Assembly (NCBI GenBank): GCA_030141605.1
Contig: JAQGDQ010000107.1
Coordinates: 62,001 to 126,000, forward strand
Length of the DNA: 64,000 nucleotides
Direction of reading: 5' to 3'
From: Tubiluchus corallicola
Lineage: Eukaryota; Animalia; Priapulida
Of this stretch, positions 29,601 through 42,819 are shown piece by piece. Position numbers and translations under genes: made by a program. The notes beneath the pieces were generated by a model. That model ran no database searches and was not told the origin of the DNA. It saw only the letters and a program-made list of their open reading frames with translations. How positions within the stretch are numbered: position 1 is the stretch's first letter; each line of letters starts with the position of its first letter.

Positions 29601-32600
29601 AAACTAACAGCTTGAATGATGCCCTATGTCCGTGCGAGGTATAGATAACCTACATTACTCCACGGCCGAGAAAAAGTAGTGACTGACGGACAGACAGACA
29701 GACGGAACTGACAATTCAATATATGCAACTTTGTTATGCAGTACAGAATCATAAAGTTAGACCCGTAGACAGGGTAGACAGCAGTTATCATTAAAGCGTA
29801 CTCCTACCCGGAGCTAGCGGCAAGCAAGTTGAAGATAGATGGGTAAATTTGTTTCCTTGGGGGTTTTAAAACATATGGAAAGTAAGTTTAAGTAACTGCA
29901 CAACGTTGGAGGAATGGATATTGGCAGAACATTAGTCTAACTGATGCGTTCCTAAGAGACCATTAATATTTCTACGAAGTTCCACTACTGCAAAAATCTA
30001 CAAAACAGAGAAATAGTCTAATTCGGGGCAAGCATGAGTTCTATTTAGCATCAAAAACGAGCTCTATTATAAGATGCAACAGTAAACTAAAATGAGAACA
30101 TTAGTCCAACCGGGTTTAAACATTTTTAAAAAAGCTCTAGAGTAAAACATGCGATTTTTTAAACTACTGGTAACTAAAATTAGTAAATACAGACTAAGTT
30201 GTACAGTAGTCCCTTTCGTCACATTTACAGTATGCCATTCTGTACACGTAATTTACACATACAGTAACACCGGCTAATGTAAATTTAAACGGCAAGCCAA
30301 AATTTAAAAAGAGAATATGCTATCCACATGTACAGTATTTATGATGGAAAAGGTATGTACAAGTATAGCGCCCATAGCTAAGCTCAGAATTTAAAAGCAA
30401 AAGCTAGATACAGTGTTTCTGACAAAAAGTGTCTTTTCTGACCGTATTCCGCTTTTGTATTGATCGATGCTCGAAAATAAGCACCTTGCGTAGGATAATT
30501 TATACTTTTCCCTGAAACACATGGCATTTATTTCCAACATGCGGAAACCAACTTTCCAATTTTAAAATTAAGAAGGAAAAAACGAGCCATAAGTTTTTCA
30601 AACCTCAGAGTTTGTGTATCTCCTGTCGGATTGTTTTCTTAGTCCATTAACTCAGCCAAGAGAAGGTCACATGCGGGCCACGGGTGACGAGGAGATTAGA
30701 GGTGGCTTAAATTTAATTTATTATGTTCACGTTTTCAAGATGAGCAATAATGTTAAAAATGTAACCTAAAGTCAATGAGAACATTTATGGCACGGAAAAT
30801 TCATGATCAAAAAAGGCCTTAAATATTTTACTCTGTGTAAATTGTGTTTAATTTTTAGCTGGTATATAGCCCTATAATGGCCCCTATTGTGGAAAAAAAT
30901 GTACCGAATTTATCAATATATGCAATAGTATTCTTAGTAACAAGAACTGCGACAGTGACCAAAAAAAATAAGAAAAAACAAGAAAGAACAAAGAAAGTGC
31001 GTGACGTTTCGAACCACTATAGTAGTTTTTTAGGTGAATACAAAGGTACAAAAAAGAATTTTTTTCGAAACGTTGTGCTTAGAACTTACCTTTTCCTTGT
31101 TTTTTAACTGTGGGATTTTTTATTCAGTGGATCTACATTTTAATTTCTTTAACGTTTTTTTAATTTAAATTTACTAAATGGTCACATAAGTTAGTGAAGT
31201 CATACATTAAAAAACTTAAAGTTAATGGTTTATAAACTCTCGCAGTCTGATTTCTGCAGAAATTTTTGTCATAAGAAAAATACTCAACTTCTTATGTTGA
31301 AGAAGACTGATATTGGTTCACTTTACATATTGCATTATCAGGGAGACAGCTCAAAATAGAAAACTTTTTTTTATACATTTGTGATTTTCAATCTTGTTAT
31401 TCAGGTAGCGTTAGTTGGTAGAAAGTTTAAGAGTAGACCATTTGAAAAATTTTAAGACTGATTTAAAAGCTTTACACTACAAATAAAGCACACAGTTTAA
31501 GCTAAGTTATCCTAAATGTCTATCATATTTAGAGCAATATTCATAGTTGTACATTATTCAAATGCTGACGTTTTTGAAAGGGTCTTCACATATCTGATGT
31601 GGTAAAAGGATGTCCAGCCTCTGGTACCCTGCATAAATTTAATCACATAGCATAATTGCAGCAGCGCTTGTAAGTCCTGAGTTTCTAATGAGTAGCTAGC
31701 AACAAATAAATCAAATTAAACTTCAGATTTTGATTCGACAATTTCTCACCCTGGCATACAATTTCACGACTAAGACGCGTAGGTCATGGGATGCTGTGAA
31801 AATCTTCAGCCTAATGATGTTAAACAGGGCAGAAACCGCAAACCCAAAATAGAACCTAGCTGCCTGCTGTACATATGACGGCTTCAGTACATGGGCCCCC
31901 ATCAGCCAAGTGTCATTCATGAACTATGGTAATACAGTAATCTTTTTCCCTTATCATTTTTTCGGAATTTGCTGTTCATTTAACCACGTCATTGGTTCAT
32001 TTAAAATCACTTATCCTATGCAAAAAATCGATTTTTTTGGTTCACTAGCACTACGGTCCATTAGCAGAACACTATATATGGGTAATCAAAGCACTTTTTG
32101 TGACATTGCCGCTAAAATTAATTAATATAACGATTACATACAGATTTAAAACTACATATAACAGCTGCCTGGTGGCAATAAACTACATGCAAATTTCATG
32201 CAGTTTTGAAAGTATAAAAGAGTTTTAATTTTTTAAATTTTAATTTAATTTATTTTCACATCACACACAAACCATAATTAAAAAGCAAGTGTTTACATAA
32301 AAAAATCATCGAATTTATGATGTTGGGGAGACGCTCAGAGGCTGAATTACTTGCTTATAAGAGCCAATCAAAAAGCAAAAATCCAATTAAGTCCACAGCA
32401 TCTAACCTAGTTTTAAAATGTTTTGGGTCTGTGCTGTTACAAGTGGAAATCCATTTAGTTGTGCGGGTAAGCTATTCCAGATAGGGACAACCTTGTTCGA
32501 GAAAAAGTCAGCAAAAGCTTTTTTTGCAGTACGCCTAACAAAGAGTTTGAGCGAATGGTTACTTTTGGTTTTGTTGACAAGTTTGTCAACATTTAGATAT

Positions 32601-33578
32601 AGCTCTTTATGAACAATTTTATAGCACATGACTAAATTTTATGAATGTCAATCACAAAATTTAACAAATTCAAATTAAAACTTGAACTCACAGCCTTGTA
32701 TCATTTAAGACGCTATTCATACTATTTTAAAGACTTATTTTTTAAATCCCTAACATTAAGTGTGGAAGTCTGGAGTTACAATTGTAAAAATCATTTATAA
32801 TAAAAGTAAAGCATGCATAAATTCTTTTTGCCCTTGCAGCCAAACTACTAACAATAAGGTGAAGTTTAATAAACTGAAAATGCAAAAGATTCATTTATCG
32901 ACTTTCAAAATCTAAAGGTTAAAAGACCAAAGTATTATATTAGACAGTAATAACACGATTTCCAAACGAAGAGGCCATGTACCCTTGTGCTTCATAGTGG
33001 TGTGATCATATGTGTATTATTTACACTTCCTCATAGCACAGCTACATACTGCACAGTGTAAAATGACACGAGAAACACGAATATTTAACTTTTCTAAAAT
33101 AACAAAATTTAGGCAAAAAGTATCATATCGTCATTCTCACGTGTGATTTTGTAAGTTAATCTATGTCATGAATACCAGTGTGACTCAGACCATTAAACAA
33201 ACCAGAAGGCTATTTGTGTCCCGAAGATGCCAATATTCACGTATGTGATTTTACAAAAATCTCCAAAATATCTCTTTTTTACTTCGGGTTAACAAATTTT
33301 TCTGAATTTGACTTTGAAACGAATTTTTATTCTTTTTTATTTTGGTTTAACTTTGAAATATTTTGTACGCCAGCTCCTACGGTTGATAGAATTGTATTTA
33401 AGTACACATACTATCACAAAAATGTTTAAAAACTACCTGCCAAGCAACTGTGGCTAATAAATAAATTAATATTAATAATTTTGCATTTACAGAATATAAT
33501 ATTATATGTATATATATTCCATGTCATTCAACTATATATATATATAGTCAAGCATATATATATATAGTATATAGTATA

Positions 33579-33622
<44 letters not shown>

Positions 33623-35590
33623 AAGCATATATATATATATATGCATATAATAAAAAACAAGGCTTCAGGCAAATTGGGATAACTATGTGAAGCTAGGAAA
33701 AGCAGTTGAATGACATGGAATAGACCATTCACAGAGATGGACACAAACATTGGCTAATGGCTATGGCTGTACTGCCTACAGGAAACACACAATAGATAGT
33801 AAATAGTATAGTAGAGTATTTGTATAGTAGTATAGTATTAGTATTAGTATAGTAACGTGTTAAAGTGACGGTTTTGCGGGTGTGACATGGGGGGTACGGT
33901 ATGATGTAGTGGGTGTGGGTGGCGTGGTGTGGTGGGTGTGGTGTAGTTTGTCATCGTGGGTTATGCGCTAACTTTTTTGCGGAGTTTAGCCTTCTTATTA
34001 TTACTGCTATTGCTATTTGCTACTGCCTCTACCATTAACACTGCAACTAACAAAACTGCTACTTTAATACAAAACTTTTTCAAACACTTATTGCTATTGC
34101 CAATTTAAAGTTTTATGACTACTCACTTAAAAATACTTAGGGCATGCACAAAACTTGTAGCTAATAGTTTTAAACATGTATTATAATGCCTAGTACCAAA
34201 ATAAGATTTTGCGAAGCTAGTAAGCTTTGAGAACCTTTAAGAACTTTCTTCCAGACAAGAGGCTTGATGATAGCTACACTTTGACTAACATTGATCATTA
34301 ATTATAACCGTCATTATAGCACTCATAGAAGAACTATGGATTCACTCTGAAAAATTTCGCTACATTAGTTTAGGTATAGTACAACCTCAAATAGCTTTCT
34401 GTGAACATGACATCAACATCACCATCTTAGACATGTCATATACGACAAATCCAACTTTATTAGTCTATTCATGATATTCTCTAGTATCAACCCAAACCAA
34501 ACAATTTATTGGATCTGCTTTTAAGAGTCGAAGCCTAAGCCTTTTTTCATGTACAGCGCCTACGAAGAAAAAGAAAAAACCAACAACAACACGAGTACTG
34601 AAAAGAGGATGCATATTTAGGATACATCCATTGGAAACATACATTGAGGGGCTAGCCTCAGTCTATGGTTTATTTTGCAACTTTTTGCAACCACATTTTT
34701 TTACAAACATCTTTCATGATGTTTCACAATGTGACATGACCAAAGCAGTTTTTTTAACACAAGAAAGGTTTGCCTGCATAAATTTGCAATCATCAATGCA
34801 GCTATCCTGCTAAACAGTAACCACTGCGGCTATATGCACTATGATGCAGCACTGCTAATGCATAATTTACAAGAAATCAGTATGCAGATGTATCCAGGGT
34901 AACGTTCATTCACATGTATAAAGAACAATGACAATGTTCAATCTACTAAAATATCTCTCTAACTCTTTAACTTAATACTTCTTAACATCCATTCCTCCAC
35001 TTATAACATCTAACATTATTATTTTTAAGAAAGAATGTTTCTTTTTTACTTTTTTTACTTGGACTTAATTTTGCTTTGACGTCTAGGCCTAAAATAGCTA
35101 AGGTTAACCGGTCATTATTAGATAAAAAATTCAAGCACTTAATTAGTGGACAATATGATGTGACTACAGACATTTTAAATCATCCATTCTTTTGGGCATT
35201 AATTTAAATTTTCTTTATTCAATGAAAAATGAATACCAGAAATTCCTATATATAAAAAGGCAGCTGTCTCCAACTTGTTTCACTTTAGTTTACTATAACT
35301 GTGAACTTTGATATAGCAAAAATTGGTTTACGCTTTAACTCACCAAAGTTCACATTTTATTTAGCAATCACAATCTTAAATTGAAAAACTCGAAGTGTTA
35401 TGCTTAGCTGTGCCTAATATAAATAAACCCGTCTCAGCTAAATAAATATATACATTTCTACAGCATGTAGCTACGTGCAGCGTACGAGGTACAACTGTAC
35501 ATTCAACTGCAAATCGAAAAAACATTAATAATTATACTTACTTTTTACTATCCTTTCCGCACATGGCAACTTGTCACTTATGTTCGCCAT
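2645..35590 (-). CDS. PPP3CA: Serine/threonine-protein phosphatase 2B (calcineurin A) catalytic subunit, exons 1-5; 3' part lies beyond the left edge
   Basis: Minus-strand exons 35542-35590, 21621-21821, 18221-18345, 15408-15519 and 2645-2790 all have GT-AG boundaries and compatible phases. They translate to [27 protein letters not shown]...[22 protein letters not shown]...[25 protein letters not shown]...[69 protein letters not shown]. The PPP motifs GDIHG, GDYVDRG and RGNHE and the calcineurin-specific VPFPP and HLTEYFTFK segments are present. Paralog letter (A/B/C) is not meaningful for an invertebrate. Confidence 0.96.
3083..3134. repeat. (CA)n/(CACG)n microsatellite
   Basis: Directly visible. 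Confidence 0.85.
4190..4470 (-). mobile_element. Possible highly decayed Penelope-like reverse transcriptase fragment
   Basis: Minus-strand [12 protein letters not shown]...ANFM...CLNDTWM loosely resembles the Penelope RT motifs F.FN..FYKQ, ANFYM and YVDDTW. Weak. Confidence 0.3.
5120..5299. repeat. Polypurine (GA)n/(GGAGA)n/(GGGGA)n microsatellite
   Basis: Directly visible; includes runs of GGGGA repeats. Confidence 0.95.
7144..7740. mobile_element. Probable non-autonomous interspersed repeat (Helitron/Helentron-like?)
   Basis: GC- and CpG-rich block starting at a (TA)n run, with a degenerate GACT/GGCT tetranucleotide tract at ~7500-7580. No second copy in the window, so the class is a guess. 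Confidence 0.3.
11664..12053. mobile_element. hAT-type MITE with TAGGG terminus and TTCGAA-rich interior, copy 1
   Basis: Exact 8-bp TSD CTTAAAAC on both sides. Collinear with 25061-25457. Confidence 0.88.
13707..14985. repeat. Degenerate tandem array of ~53-bp self-complementary units (~20 copies)
   Basis: Consensus by eye: TGGCAGCAGGGAAATGCATGATACATGTGTCTCAGCATTATTTCCTTGGTGGC. Interrupted by a LINE fragment at 13943-14257. Confidence 0.9.
13943..14257 (-). mobile_element. 5'-truncated RTE-clade LINE 3' end inserted in the 53-bp array
   Basis: Minus-strand frames give [20 protein letters not shown] and [28 protein letters not shown], typical of the RTE ORF C-terminus. Short TGATGA tail and near-identical 8-bp flanks GATACATA/GATACGTA. 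Confidence 0.75.
18738..18822. repeat. ~41-bp tandem duplication
   Basis: ttaggataaa(c/aa)taaataagaa(a/g)caataggtgaattaatatg occurs twice in tandem. Confidence 0.85.
24029..24531 (+). mobile_element. Internally deleted Tc1/mariner-type element
   Basis: Remnant [25 protein letters not shown] resembles the transposase motif FQQDGAPPH...VRDFLN..FP. Right end is ...tagtgatttctgagacaccctg followed by TA; the left end tagggcttctataagtcactata is a degenerate match. Confidence 0.65.
25061..25457. mobile_element. hAT-type MITE with TAGGGGTGAGCAT TIRs, copy 2
   Basis: TIRs taggggtgagcat / atgctcaccccta. Near-TSD TTCCACAC / TTCCAACAC. Same orientation as copy 1. Confidence 0.88.
28670..29750. mobile_element. 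Probable non-autonomous Helentron/HINE-like repeat
   Basis: Perfect short hairpin aagattctgct-ata-agcagaatctt at ~28674-28698 and GACA/GACG tetranucleotide tracts at ~29260 and ~29680-29706. Class and boundaries are inferred. Confidence 0.3.
32402..32640 (-). mobile_element. CR1-group LINE 3'-end fragment
   Basis: TKSNHSLKL...[15 protein letters not shown] matches the CR1 ORF2 terminal motif (TRGH..KL...FFS.RVV..WNSLP). Confidence 0.75.
33532..33641. repeat. (TA)n microsatellite with duplicated GTCAAGC interruption
   Basis: tatatagtcaagcatatata occurs twice within the TA run. Confidence 0.9.
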
Positions 35591-36071
35591 GTTCGTGAAA
35601 GTCACCTGCCTTCTCGATGGTTGGGTTTCATATGCCGCCAATTATACAAATCCCTAAAATTTCACGGTTCAGTAATCAGTTACACTAAAATGAAGATGAA
35701 AATGGCGCATCTGTCCAACTGAGATAACAACAGCGTCACTTAAAGAATCGACTTACTGTTTTACAAGTGCTTTCTAGAATCACACTTGGTGCAGTAAATC
35801 ACAGCGAGTAGGATAATTTAAGTTACCTAAAGTCATCGAATTGATAAAATCTGACCAACTTGTAACACGAATAACGATAAAACTAACACCTAACACGGCT
35901 AATCTACATTCTCCCCGCTCCTGGTTGATGCACTGCGCATTTTTGGTTTTCTCCGCATTTTTCTTTGCGGCAGCACTGTACAAGAAGCCAATTACAAAAT
36001 GTCTGCGCCTTTCATACGTTGTTTTTGTGCTAATGTTTATTTCACGTAGCTTTTCCTTAATTAAGTTGAGA
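35591..36071. promoter_or_regulatory. Putative bidirectional promoter between calcineurin A and PBLD
   Basis: Only 481 bp separate the divergent start codons; a YY1-like AAAATGGCG lies at 35699-35707. Inferred from gene geometry. Confidence 0.6.
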
Positions 36072-39000
36072 ATGTTGTCGTTATTTACCGTCGATGCATT
36101 TACAAGTTACCCATTTTCTGGAAATCCTGCAGCAGTTTGCCTGAATAAGGAAAACAAGGTCAATAATAATAACTCACTCACCTTTGCAGCTACCCCCATT
36201 ATTTTGAACATGGATAGATTTGTCATGGCTGATTACCACAACGTTCCACTGTAACAAGTCTTGAATGCCTAAATGACTGGTCGCAATTCTTTGATGCACC
36301 TTCTCTCCCATCAATTGATATTCTATATATTGATTTTAGAAAAGCATTTGATTTTGTTCCTCTTCGTCGTCTCGTGTTAAAAATGGAATTTGCAGGTATA
36401 AGAGGGAAACTACTCCAATGGTTTCAATATTTTCTAACACACAAACAGCGAAGAATGGGTTTAAATGGTGTAACCACTTTCTGGAGAAATATAACCAGTG
36501 GCATTCCTCAAGGGACTTTGTCAGGACCCAATTGTTTTCTTATTTTTGTCAATGATGTTACTGATTGTGTATCCCCTGACACACGTATACCGCTGTTTTT
36601 GATGATATAAAGCCTTACCGTCCAATTAGAAATTCCTCTGATCAAGAGATCTTACAAGCAGACTTGTCTGAAATTGAGCAATGGTATGACAATGTCACTC
36701 ACCTTATGTCACCTTTAAAAATGCTTTAGAAAGAACTGAATGGAGGTGTATTACTCTGGCCTCTGATATTCAACCTGACTTTGTATCTTTGCTTGAACAA
36801 CGCCGTGATACTATAGATCTTATTACCTGTTAAAAAGTCATTAGTGATAGTTCCAATTTGTGTAGCAACAAATTTTTTTCTAGACCACTGCATGATTCAC
36901 ATGGACAATTCTAAATTATTTGTACAATGCTCTCGCACTAACATGAGAGCCCATTTCTTCGCTTCTCGTGTTGTGGGCCCTTGGAATTCACTTAAAGTAA
37001 AAGCCCAGCCTCATCAGCAATTTTTAGCAAAAGTTTAAGGATGATGTGTTGAAATGATATTCTTATCGCTTTTCGAAAATAATTAAGTAATTAGATAAAT
37101 AATTGCTCGATTTTACTTATGCCAATTGCTTTATACACGCAATTCAGCGCTCGGGCGGCTATGCACTGATGACGTCATGGCAGTAGACTTAAAAAGACTG
37201 TCATCATCGCTTGTTGCTTTACTACATCCTCTGCTACACAAATTCTGGGTATTTGCACACGTATAACATACGAAAAAGTTACACAACATGAAAATAAACT
37301 GCTGTACTTTCAACAGTTTAACACGCGGCAGTTCGCCAGCCAGTAAATGCAGACCTGTACCGGCATACAATAATACTTTTCGGATGACCGCCCTCATCCT
37401 GCCACAACGTTATTCACCACACGCAGGTGAAGCATGGAGAGTGTAGAAACTGTACCGCAAGTGTTCAACACGTTTAAAATGAGATTTAACACGTTTCATT
37501 AATTAATTCACCTGACTGCCATGGATAAAAATGCTGGAATTTGATTACAATATTTCGTTTTCTGCTTAAGTTGTTGATTTTCATATTGATAAAAAATGTC
37601 TGGGTATTTACTTTAATAATGAAACAGTTGACACCTCAATTTCGGAAATTGTTGAGGAGCGACCGTCAATAACTGTGTTATGGCTAGGTCTTAGACTTCG
37701 CAAGTAAGGAAGTTTGTCATTCATCGTGCTGTTAATTTTATTATTAATGTTATCATCCCTTTTGCAGCATGTTGTGCTGTAATGATTAGGAGTTAAGCAG
37801 GCACACTTCTAGAAACCCCGTATTTTTCCACAAAATAATCTTCATTTAAAAATTTAAACTTTACTAGGCTTGGTGTGGCAGTCACCATGGTAGACAAATT
37901 ACCATTCCATTTATTTTGCTATCACAGAAATGAAAATTTACAAATGTCAAAATGTTACCGCTTTTTAAAAAGTTTTATTGTCATCTACATTTATGCAAAA
38001 TGTTTTCTTTCTTGGTCAGTATTTTATAATCTTTTATTATTCTAATATCTTTTAATCATGATTAAAACCAGAAAAATAGCACAAATATCACTATTTAAGA
38101 ATATCAATATTATATTGATATGTAATTATGATTAAAAGATATTATCGGGGGTTATATATAAGGTTTGTTTATAGAATGGAACAATCAAATTTATTCCATT
38201 TCCGTGGTCTAATAAACTTATGTTCATTTGTCACCCCTTTACCCATACATAGCAACCAATAATTAATTATAATGTTATATTAACATTTTATTTTAATCAT
38301 TACAGTTATATTATACTATTATTTTTTACCAAAAGGGAAAAAAATTAACATTCTAATTTTAATGAAGCCTAACCAAAGCAATGTGTGATTTCAAAAGAAT
38401 TTCTTTCTTTCTAGAAACGTCCCCAAATTCTTATTTGCTTTTTTGACAGCGACAATACATTGCTGGGAAAATTTCAAGTTTAATGTTATTATCGCACCAA
38501 TATTGCTTTTACTATCTGTACTATGAAGAGTTATTCTGCTTCCATTCATGATGTAATTTCTTTTAAGATTCTGTAAACCCCAATGCATTTCCTCACGTTT
38601 ATCAACATTAAATAACATTGTCAGTCATTACTTAACCTACTCCATTACTGAATGTCATTCTGTAAAATTAGGGAATCCGCTGCAGAGTTAATTGGATTGT
38701 ACAACTTTGCATTATCTGAAAATTTTAACTAGAGTGCGACCCTCTTATTCAGTATCATTAATCAGTAATCATGAAATAATTATTAATAGTGAAAAGGACT
38801 GAGCGGAGTGCTGACCTTCCAAACAGCCAATCCTCAAATCAACTTTGGACACCTTACAGTCTTACACAGTGGACGTAATTATTGCAGTGACAAAGCACTC
38901 TTACAATAACAAGAAATTTTACCTGACCCTATAATTACTACTGAAATTGTTATAGTCTGGCTACCCAATAAAAAAAGAAACAAAGGCAATAAAAAAATTA

Positions 39001-42000
39001 TCGGATAGTAGATCATAAATAGATTCCTTGCTATTTGTTTGTTTTTATTTGTGTATATGTCGTTTCTAGGCTCACGATGACTTATCAGAAGAGGTGATGC
39101 AAAGTATTGCAAGCGAAATGAACATATCGGAAACTGCATTTGTAAAATTGTTAAGTCAACCTGGAAGCAATGATTTTCAGCATGGCAGCCATTTTGGATT
39201 GCGCTGGTTTACTCCTACTAATGAAGTTCCTCTCTGTGGCCATGCAACTCTGGCTACTGCTGCTGTATTATATTTCTCAATTGGTAATGCTAAATATATG
39301 TCAGCTTCTGTAAGTTCATCAATATTTCAGTAGATTGTGATACATGTGCTGTGTTGTACCACCTTATTTGATAGAAACAGGTAACATCAGTGTCTAAGTG
39401 ATTGCCCTTTTAACTGTTGGCACCATCATCGTTATCATCTCATCATCATCACCATCATCATCGTCATCTTCATAATTACACAATATGTTTATATCCATTT
39501 ATACTGAAATCTCAAAAGTAACACCTCAAGAATATAGCTGGTGCACATCACATTGTTCAGTTTTTAAATATTTTTTTATAAATAGGTAATACATCCCCTT
39601 CACTTACTTTTGAAACAAAGAGTGGACCTTTAACTGTGCAGAAGAAAGAGAATGGATATTTGTTAATGGATCTTCCATCCAATCCACCACAGCCATTTGA
39701 TAAGTCATCCATTGTTGATTTGCTGAAGGTAAAAACAGTATTAATCAAAGTTATTTATTTTGAGTATTGAATGTGCTCATTTAATATGCATGCAGTACAA
39801 AGATGTACCGATTGTTTGCGATTAGTTTACTGAATTGGAAAACAAACACAGCATGTTGATTTTTCAAGATTTTTAACTTAAATTTGCATAATTTGTGCTA
39901 ATGCTACATTCGTTGTTCGTAGTTCCACAACTTTGAAACTTTAGTTGACTTGTATAAGGGCCTAAGTATCAAACATTTCAATTTTTTAAAGGCCTGTATA
40001 ACCCCAACAGACACTGAAGTTTCCTTAACACATTATTATGATTACATAAAGTATTCATAGTTGTTATTAAACAAAAAAGAGATAAATTAAATAAGTTACC
40101 TTTTTCTTGCAAATTTCGAACGCGTGCATTACCGTAAAAATTGCAGTGTTTCGCTTGTTTGGCACCAGTGAGCTAAAATGACATACGAGGTACAGAAAGC
40201 GTCTTCGGTTACCGATGTTTGTTTGCCAATCTTTGGTGACTTTGTGACTTTACTCATAACGCCATTCGTCTCACGCAACAAAAATGGCGGTTCTTCGAAT
40301 TTAATACCGCTAACAGCCATTTAATAAAAAATCAAAAGAAACAAGTTTTACAGTAAGTTTATAATAAAGTAAATTGAATATTCGTAAATGGGGTAGGATT
40401 TTAAGCTGTAAAACCTTATGTTATAGCGAGGTTTAGTATGACTGTAAATGAAGAAAATACAATCACTATTCACTGTACATAGTATCGCTGTAATTAACTG
40501 CATATATTTATTTAATGTCACAGGCTAAGATCTTATTGTAAGAAAAAAGAAGGAGTAATTGTCATTATAATTTCCCATCTCACACACAGTAAAGGTAATT
40601 TAAAAAATAACTGCTACCACTTTAAACAATAAAATGAATTCAATAGTAGAATTTCGACAATTTCACTTTGTGTTTTTATTTGAATTTACTGATGCCAAGT
40701 GAAAGTTAATTTTAATCTTGCAGGTTTGTGTAGGCAATCTGCCTGTAAAAGATGTGCAGTATTCACCAACGACCAAGAAACTACTGATAGTTCTCGATAG
40801 TAACTTGACAAGGTACTGTATGTACTCTTTTGTTCTCGTAAGATCATTATATTTACCATTGGTACGGTTCAATGTTGAAAGGATCACATATAGTATACTG
40901 TAAGACTTGGGAGTATAGCACATTGGATTTGTTACCTTTAGTTGCAGAAATATGAGTCACTGCCATATTCTGTGATGTCAGGAATTCTATGCTTATAACA
41001 CATTTGCACGATGGGTAGTCATTTCTAAGCTGTTACGGCATCTAGATGCTCCTGTTAGTTGACTAGTTAATTTGGGGTGTTCCAGGAGTTTTTCAGCTCT
41101 TTTCTAGGGATTACATCATTAGAAGCTAATCCTGTTAATTAGTCACAAAAAAGTAGGTTTTTCTGTACCCAGGTGTTGGGGCCATTCCAATCAAATAATA
41201 AAAAAATCTACACATGATTCATTATTTTCAGTGTAGCGGTAAAAATTTCGATGTAATGATGTAAAATTTTTGACATGATGGGCTAGGTGGCTTGAATTAA
41301 AGGACTAGATGTAAAAAAAGCTTGAAAATTAGTCGTTCATTTATACTGCTGTTAGACATTAATATTTTTTGGCTTATTATGTAGCCCTTCTATTTCAAAT
41401 TACTTGCAAGTAGTCTTTGGGGCTAATCACTCGATACATGTAAGTAAAACTTTTGTGTTTCTAAATATAGTAGAGGTGCACTATTTGTAAAATGTGGGGC
41501 AACTTTGCTCTGAACGTTCTGAACAGTATAATAATAGAGAATCTTTATTGTTAAGAGAGTTATCATTAGTGGGCGAGCGATTGTGCTTGTCCTTAGTTTC
41601 AAACGACAGATTTTGATGTTAAATTTGCCATTTACTACACATTTGTAGTGGTACTTTATTGGAGATAAAGAACTGTGTTCAATTGTGTTGTATGTAAAAG
41701 AGACAATAATTTTTGATGCTTTCATTTGTTTAATTAAAGATGCTTTTATTTCGAGAAACTGCAGATCTCTATAATAGCAATTTATTGTGTTGCTCGAATA
41801 ACAAAATGATTAAACTGTTAAATTGTGTTATTCTCAAGATGAAGATTTGTCGTGTAGTAAGGTAAAGGAATAGCCCACTTTGTTTTCAGTTGGGAAATAA
41901 TGCTTCTATGAGGCTATGGGAAGCGATGTAATATAAAATATGTTGGACCCATAATGAAGTTAGTTTAATATGGATTGTTATTTATTTTTAATGTGCTAAC

Positions 42001-42787
42001 AAATAAGATTTCACTGTATTATGCTGTAAACTTTATTAAACGTCTGCCTGCAAAAAGAGGCACTCTTTGTGTATTATTGTATTACAATTTGTTGAATAAA
42101 AGATTTATCATCCTTGTCAAAGATTTCTGTGTTAGTCGGTTGTCGCTATTGTTGTTTTAAAATTAACTGATACCAGTGGCTGTACATCGTCGCTTGCTGA
42201 TTGCAAGCAGGGTATAAATAAAATTTTGCGTGAGTTTTTTTGTATTCCTGTCTGAAAAATATGTTTATTTATTTAGAAATGATCTGGAGTCGCTAAATCC
42301 TCAGATTGATAAGATGGTGGCATCAGACTCGACTGGCGTGATACGTGGCGTAATTATTTCACTTCAAGGAGATGACAGCGATGATGGTTATGACTTCTTT
42401 TCACGCTTCTTTACACCTTGGAACGGGATTCCGGAGGATCCAGTGACTGGTTCTGCACACACTGTGTTGGCACCTTATTGGTCGAAATGCCTTGATAAGC
42501 AACATTTGCGTGGTACTTAAAGTATTGTGAATACTTATGTTGTCATGACTGTACAAAGCACATAATATCGGAATGATAGCATGATGCAGTTACATATGAA
42601 AATAGAAAACGTTTTCTTATGAAACGGCTGTCTGATTCAGTGTTGAGGATTCCATGTATTCAGTGCCACTTTATGAAGCTAAGCTTATTTTTTGATTGGG
42701 AGATACCAGTGAAAATGTTATTGTGTAAATATTGTGTGTTAACATAACTATAGTATTTATTTAGACTGGCTTTTAGTCATATCTGTG

Positions 42788-42819
<32 letters not shown>

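Noticed and set aside
35841-36254. 137-aa ORF as a longer PBLD N-terminus
   Set aside because: Starts at a TTG, lacks PhzF-like sequence before ATG 36072 and runs on into the intron.
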